Positions 22,155-26,987 of a stretch of 26,987 nt of DNA are shown in pieces. The position numbers and the translations under genes are program-made. The DNA comes from Octopus sinensis (lineage: Eukaryota). The notes beneath the pieces were generated by a model. That model searched no databases, had not been told where the DNA came from, and was given only the letters and a program-made list of their open reading frames with translations. The stretch is taken from NCBI RefSeq assembly GCF_006345805.1, contig NW_021834031.1, positions 1 through 26,987 on the forward strand, in the 5' to 3' direction. Each line of letters begins with the position of its first letter. The first letter of the stretch is position 1.

Positions 22155-22446
22155 TAATTGTGATTATATTTTCTTTATCCGAGAAACCGTGAACTCAGCA
22201 ACAGTATCTAAGGAAGAAGCGGGTAATTCGAAGCAGATTTAGCAGCTATTTTTGGAAAATCCAGCGGTCACGTTCAAAAAGAGCTATCATTGAATTTCTT
22301 ATTGCATGCCGATAGCCTAGATTTCGATTATAATAGTTTCTCGTAGTCAGTTAAAGAAGGTTCTGCAATTTCTGGAGGAACAACCTGCACAAATGATTCA
22401 GTTATAATGATCAGATATATATATATATATGCTGTACATTAGCTCA

Positions 22447-22830
22447 GTGGAGGCGCAATGGCCCAGTGGTTAGGGAAGCGGACTCGCGGTCATAGGATCG
22501 CGGTTTCGATTCCCAGACCGGGCGTTGTGAGTGTTTATTGAACGAAAACACCTAAAGTTCCACGAGTCTCCGGCAGGGGATGGTGGTGATACCTGCTGTA
22601 CTCTTTCACCACAACTTTCTCTCACTCTTACTTCCTGTTTCTGTTGTACCTGTATTTCAAATGGCCGGCCTTGTCACTCTCTGTGTCACGCTGAATATCC
22701 CCGAGAACTACGTTAAGGGTACACGTGTCTGTGGAGTGCTCAGCCACTTACACGTTAATTTGACGAGCAGGCTGTTCCGTTGATTCGGATCAATCGGAAC
22801 CCTCGTCGTCGTAACCGACGGAGTGCTTCC
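22447..22830 (+). mobile_element. Full-length 384-bp tRNA-derived SINE with 11-bp TSD
   Basis: A box tggcccagtgg, B box ggtttcgattcc. TSD acattagctca at 22436-22446 and 22831-22841. Confidence 0.92.
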
Positions 22831-22879
22831 ACATTAGCTCAACCCCTCTATAAAATTGACGTTGCCTGAACAGGTGCAC

Positions 22880-23010
22880 TGAAATGATCGCAAAGCAAAC
22901 TGAGATGCAGTGTTTTGCTCAAGAACACAACACCCCACCTGGTCCAGGAATGGAAACCGCGATCACCCGATCGTGAGTGCAACACCCTAGCCACTAAGCC
23001 ATTGTCCCTC
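22880..23010 (-). mobile_element. tRNA-derived SINE head fragment
   Basis: Minus strand tggcttagtgg ... ggtttccattcc ... gtgttcttgagcaaaacact. Confidence 0.75.
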
Positions 23011-23046
23011 GACATCATTTTCGATAATACATTATTATTGACTGAG

Positions 23047-23256
23047 TGGTAGATTAATCAAATCCTTAGAGCTCTCGTAAAATTCTTTGCAATATTCTTG
23101 CTCTATACGTTCTAAGTTCAATTCCCACCGAGATCACCTTAACCTTTCATCCTTTTGGAGTCGATAACATAAAGTAGCAGCCGATTACTGGGGTCGATGT
23201 TATAAACTTAGCTCCTCCTCCTCCTCCTCTTCCTGAAATCTACTGGCCTCGTGACT
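23047..23256 (+). mobile_element. Diverged SINE of the ttcatcc..gtcgata..agta core family
   Basis: acgttctaagttcaattcc..cctttcatccttttggagtcgataacataaagtagc..actggggtcgatg. Confidence 0.75.
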
Positions 23257-23281
23257 GAATTCTTTCGCTTAGCAATTTTGA

Positions 23282-23735
23282 TTTTTTTTTAAGCATTCGC
23301 TCGTTACAAGGTCCTTAGACCACTAAAAATGTAAGAGCCACTAGAATAAAATGGACACTAGACAGAAGTCAATAGGTGACGATGTGCATTAGACTTAAAA
23401 GACTGGAGGTCTTATTGAAGAAGAAAACTAGACTGTGGAAAGGAATTCCAAAGTTCAGAGTTGCGAGGGGAAGAAACTGGAACCGTAAAGTGCTTTACGA
23501 CACTTAGGAGGTTGCACAGTATACTGATGAGAACTGGAAGTAAGTCTAGTTGATCGCTGATAAGTTCTTAAAGGAGGAACCAGAGAAGAGAGCTCAGCTG
23601 AACAATGTTCATGAAAATACTCATAGAAATGATACAAGGAAGCCACACGATGACGATGAGCGAGTGAATCCAATTTAGAAGATAGATCAGCCGTCCAGCA
23701 GAGTTAAACAATTCGCAGGAGCACGTACCCATATG
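23282..23735 (-). mobile_element. 3' end of a non-LTR retrotransposon (CR1/L2/jockey group) with poly(A)
   Basis: DSLAHRHRVASLYHFYEYFHEHCSAELSSLVPP..RSTR..SSHQYTV..P..R..LYGSSFFP, typical post-RT C-terminus, then a short 3' UTR ending in A9 (T-run 23282-23290). Clade assignment uncertain. Confidence 0.8.
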
Positions 23736-23767
23736 TCAATTACATATTTTATTGAGTGTAATAGAAT

Positions 23768-24460
23768 AAAAGGCAAAGTCGACCCCACCAGCTATTGAAC
23801 TCAGAACGTAAAGGGCCGAAAGAAATGACACAAAGCATTTTGTCCGGCATACTCAAGGCACAAGGCCCGAAATTTTGGGGGAAGGGGCCAGTCGATTAAA
23901 TCGACCCCAGTACGAAACTGGAATTTAATTTATCGACCCCGAAAGGATGAAAGGCAAAGCTGATCTCGGCGGAATTTGAACTCAGAACATAAAGAGCCGA
24001 AAGAAATGCCACAAAGCATTTCGCCTAGCGTACTAACGTTTCTTATTTCTTTATTGCCCATAAGGGGCTACACACAGAGGAGACAGACAAGGACAAACAA
24101 ACAGATTAAGTCGATTATATCGCTCCCAGTGCGTAACTGGTACTTATTTAATCGACCCCGAAAGGATGAAAGGCAAAGTCGACCTCGGCGGAATTTGAAC
24201 TCAGAACGTAGTGGCAGTCGAAATACCTATTTCTTTATTACCCACAAGGGGCTAAACACAGAGGGGACAAACAAGGACAGACATAGGTATTAAGTCGATT
24301 ACATCGACCCCAGTGCGTAACTGGTACTTAATTTATCGACCCCGAAAGGATGAAAGGCAAAGTCGACCTCGGCGGAATTTGAACTCAGAACGTAGTGGCA
24401 GACGAAATGCCGCTAAGCATTTCGCCGGGCGTGCTAACTTTTTTGCCAGCTCGTCGCCTT
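23768..24460 (-). mobile_element. Stack of four same-strand SINE copies (23768-23853, 23855-24043, 24044-24226, 24227-24460)
   Basis: Repeated cores ttcatcctttcggggtcgat..agtacc and gttctgagttcaaattcc. Only the rightmost copy has a full head; two tail types are present. Confidence 0.9.
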
Positions 24461-24884
24461 AGCCTCATGCCTAGATTAGAAACAGTTATCATAATATTTA
24501 TATCAAGAATTACTTGTAAAAATCTTCAAGATGAACTGCAAAATTCTATAACATCGAAGTCCTCATGCATTTCTCGGTCATCAAGAATAAAGGTGAGACG
24601 GAATATTTTCAATCTAAAGTGGTAGATATACACCGCTATTCGATTCAATACCACCACCAAGCTCTTAAGTGTCCGCAGTATGGCTGATTGGTTAGCAATT
24701 TCATTTCACAGCTACGAGAACCTGGATTAGATCCTACTGATTGCGTTCTTCGATAGATTTCATTTACCATAATATCTAGTCGATCCAAGCCACGTAAAAG
24801 AAATTGGATTGACAGACACCCGACGTATGGAAGCTTGCTGTCAAACTGATTCTGATAATCACGTTGAGAGTACATAAAAGACAG

Positions 24885-25060
24885 GGAACCTGCAGAATCG
24901 TTAGCATGTGGGACAAGCGGCTAAGCGGCATCTCTTCCAGTTCTGAGATCAAATACCACTGTGGTCAACTTTGCCTTTCATCCCTTTGGGGTTGATAAAA
25001 TAAAGTACCCGTCCAGGTACTTTGGACGACTTGGCTCTCACCTCAGAACTATTGGCCTCG
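24885..25060 (+). mobile_element. Diverged SINE of the same core family
   Basis: gcagaatcgttagc..gttctgagatcaaat..ctttgcctttcatccctttggggttgataaaataaagtacc. Confidence 0.8.
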
Positions 25061-25609
25061 AACTCTGAAACGGACCAGCATCCCGTTCAGAAGACAATGC
25101 TGTAATATCGATCGCTTATACGCCAAGTAAACCGGGTAGCAGGCCTTACGAGTCGCATAACTATAAAAAAAAAAGGTCTATTGAATGTTCAGATGCTTAT
25201 ACATGTACTTTATTTGATCGAGCAACAGAATACCCATCGTCTCGACCGAGAGAAATCCATTTTCTCATAGCTGGTATTCAACCAAGCCCGGGACTCGGCC
25301 TTTAACTTCTGTGACAAAATCATAACCTTTTAAAAACCCAGCGGAATAGGAAGACGAATACAAATCAATGTCGTTGGGTGTATATTCCTTTGAACAACGT
25401 TGTCTAACCATGTAAAACATTTTAAGAACATATATGCATGGCTAATTATTACGTTATGCATGTTTGTACCCAAGTTGCAGTTGCATCATTAAAGACCCGG
25501 CTGCAAAACTATTTTCATATCTCCTGAGAAAATAATACCCTCAACCCTGACACATTGCACTCATTCACAAACACACACCATAATTATAATGCACATTCAC
25601 ACCTATGTT

Positions 25610-25826
25610 ATATATAGTATGGTATTATATATATATCTATATGTATATATATATTAATATATAGTATATAATATAATATAATATATATTATATATATATA
25701 TATATAGATATATAATATATACTATATATATATATACATATATATATGTATGTGGTATGTTTGTGTGGTGTGTGGTGCGGGTGTAGCTGGTATATATGTG
25801 CATATCTCTCTCTCTCTCTCTCTCTC

Positions 25827-25862
<36 letters not shown>

Positions 25863-26216
25863 CTGTATATATATGTATATATATATATATGTATATATAT
25901 GTATATATATATATATATTTATATTAATATATATATATATATATATATGTATATATGCATATGTGTGTGTTGTGTGTGTGTGTGTGTGTGTATGTGTGTG
26001 TGTGTGTTGTGTGTTGCGTGTGTCTGTGTATTCGTGAGTGTACAGATGTATAACTTATTCTGCCGAATCATGCAGTCACCCGCGTTGACTTCTAGCTATA
26101 GAGATATTGGGTAAAAGAATTTTCGAAAATGCCTGGAAGCAAGAGTTCCAGCTTTTGAAGAACAGGAAAGGTCTCATTTCACCGAAATCGCAAAGTTGTG
26201 TACGTACTCACACACA

Positions 26217-26273
<57 letters not shown>

Positions 26274-26477
26274 GCGTGCGAGTGCAACACATACGCAGCA
26301 CATTCACGCATATGAATACGCGCATATACACACAAATAACCACGTCTATATATGTACACATACTTACAAATATTCACTAGCATGTATGTGTAACGCAGAT
26401 ACATATATATGTATATACATATATATACAATATATATATGTATATACATATATATATATATATATATATTATATATA

Positions 26478-26515
<38 letters not shown>

Positions 26516-26880
26516 TATTACATATGTATGCATGTGTTATATATATATATATGTATATATGCATGTATGTTTAGTGTGTGTTTTGACTGACAAGTACTTT
26601 CATAAAAGATACACACACACACATATACATATATTGTGTGTTGTGGTGTAAGTGTGGAAATGTATGCACATATGTATATATATATATATTTATATATATG
26701 TATATTTGCATATATATATATATATATATGTATATACATATTATATATAATATATATATATATATAATAGTGTGTGTGTGGTGGTGTGTGTGTGTGTGTG
26801 CAATGTATGTACGTGTGCATGCATGTACGTATATGTGTGTGTGTGCATGAATGTGATGCTGTGTGTGTGTATAGGTGAAT
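25610..26880. repeat. (TA)n/(GT)n/(CA)n/(CT)n microsatellite cluster with short unique islands
   Basis: Direct reading. Confidence 0.93.
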
Positions 26881-26987
26881 GTGTTGCTGTCTTAACGTTG
26901 TTGGTTTCATCAAGAGAAAAAGCTTTCCTCGCCACCAAACGGTTACAGCTATGTCCGTGAAAATCACGTTTGTCTTCAGGGTATCAC

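Noticed and set aside
22449-22525. tRNA gene
   Set aside because: A and B boxes are present but there is no proper cloverleaf or acceptor stem; it is followed by a SINE body and flanked by a TSD.
24678-24745. Degenerate tRNA-like SINE head (tggctgattgg ... ggattagatcc)
   Set aside because: Too diverged to assign with confidence.
26073-26125. Possible ~53-nt minus-strand exon after a pyrimidine tract
   Set aside because: Weak donor (gtgact) and several competing AGs; unsupported.

Overview
AT-rich, microsatellite-dense eukaryotic DNA. The SINE families and repeat landscape look like an Octopus (cephalopod) intron or intergenic region; this is an inference, not a database result. There is no intact protein-coding gene, and all long ORFs in the track are artefacts of simple repeats. 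Recognisable content: a ~3.4 kb (CCA)n tract, many microsatellites, one full-length mariner with perfect TIRs and a disabled transposase, five decayed mariner pieces, a DD41D Tc1/mariner remnant, two LINE 3' ends, about ten tRNA-derived SINE copies, Helitron-like non-autonomous elements, and one well-signalled candidate exon on the minus strand (12187-12238). The most striking signal is a set of fold-back (palindromic) elements embedded in (TA)n. Two of them (6109-6365 and 16258-17180) carry a complete type I hammerhead ribozyme motif in each arm, i.e. one per strand. One has the compensatory U3-A8 core and a palindromic ACCGGU helix III. Both share a U.U pair at 10.1/11.1, a downstream AATAAA, a one-sided tail and a tail motif. 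This points to non-coding, hammerhead-bearing Penelope-like/retrozyme-like elements that carry their own antisense copy.
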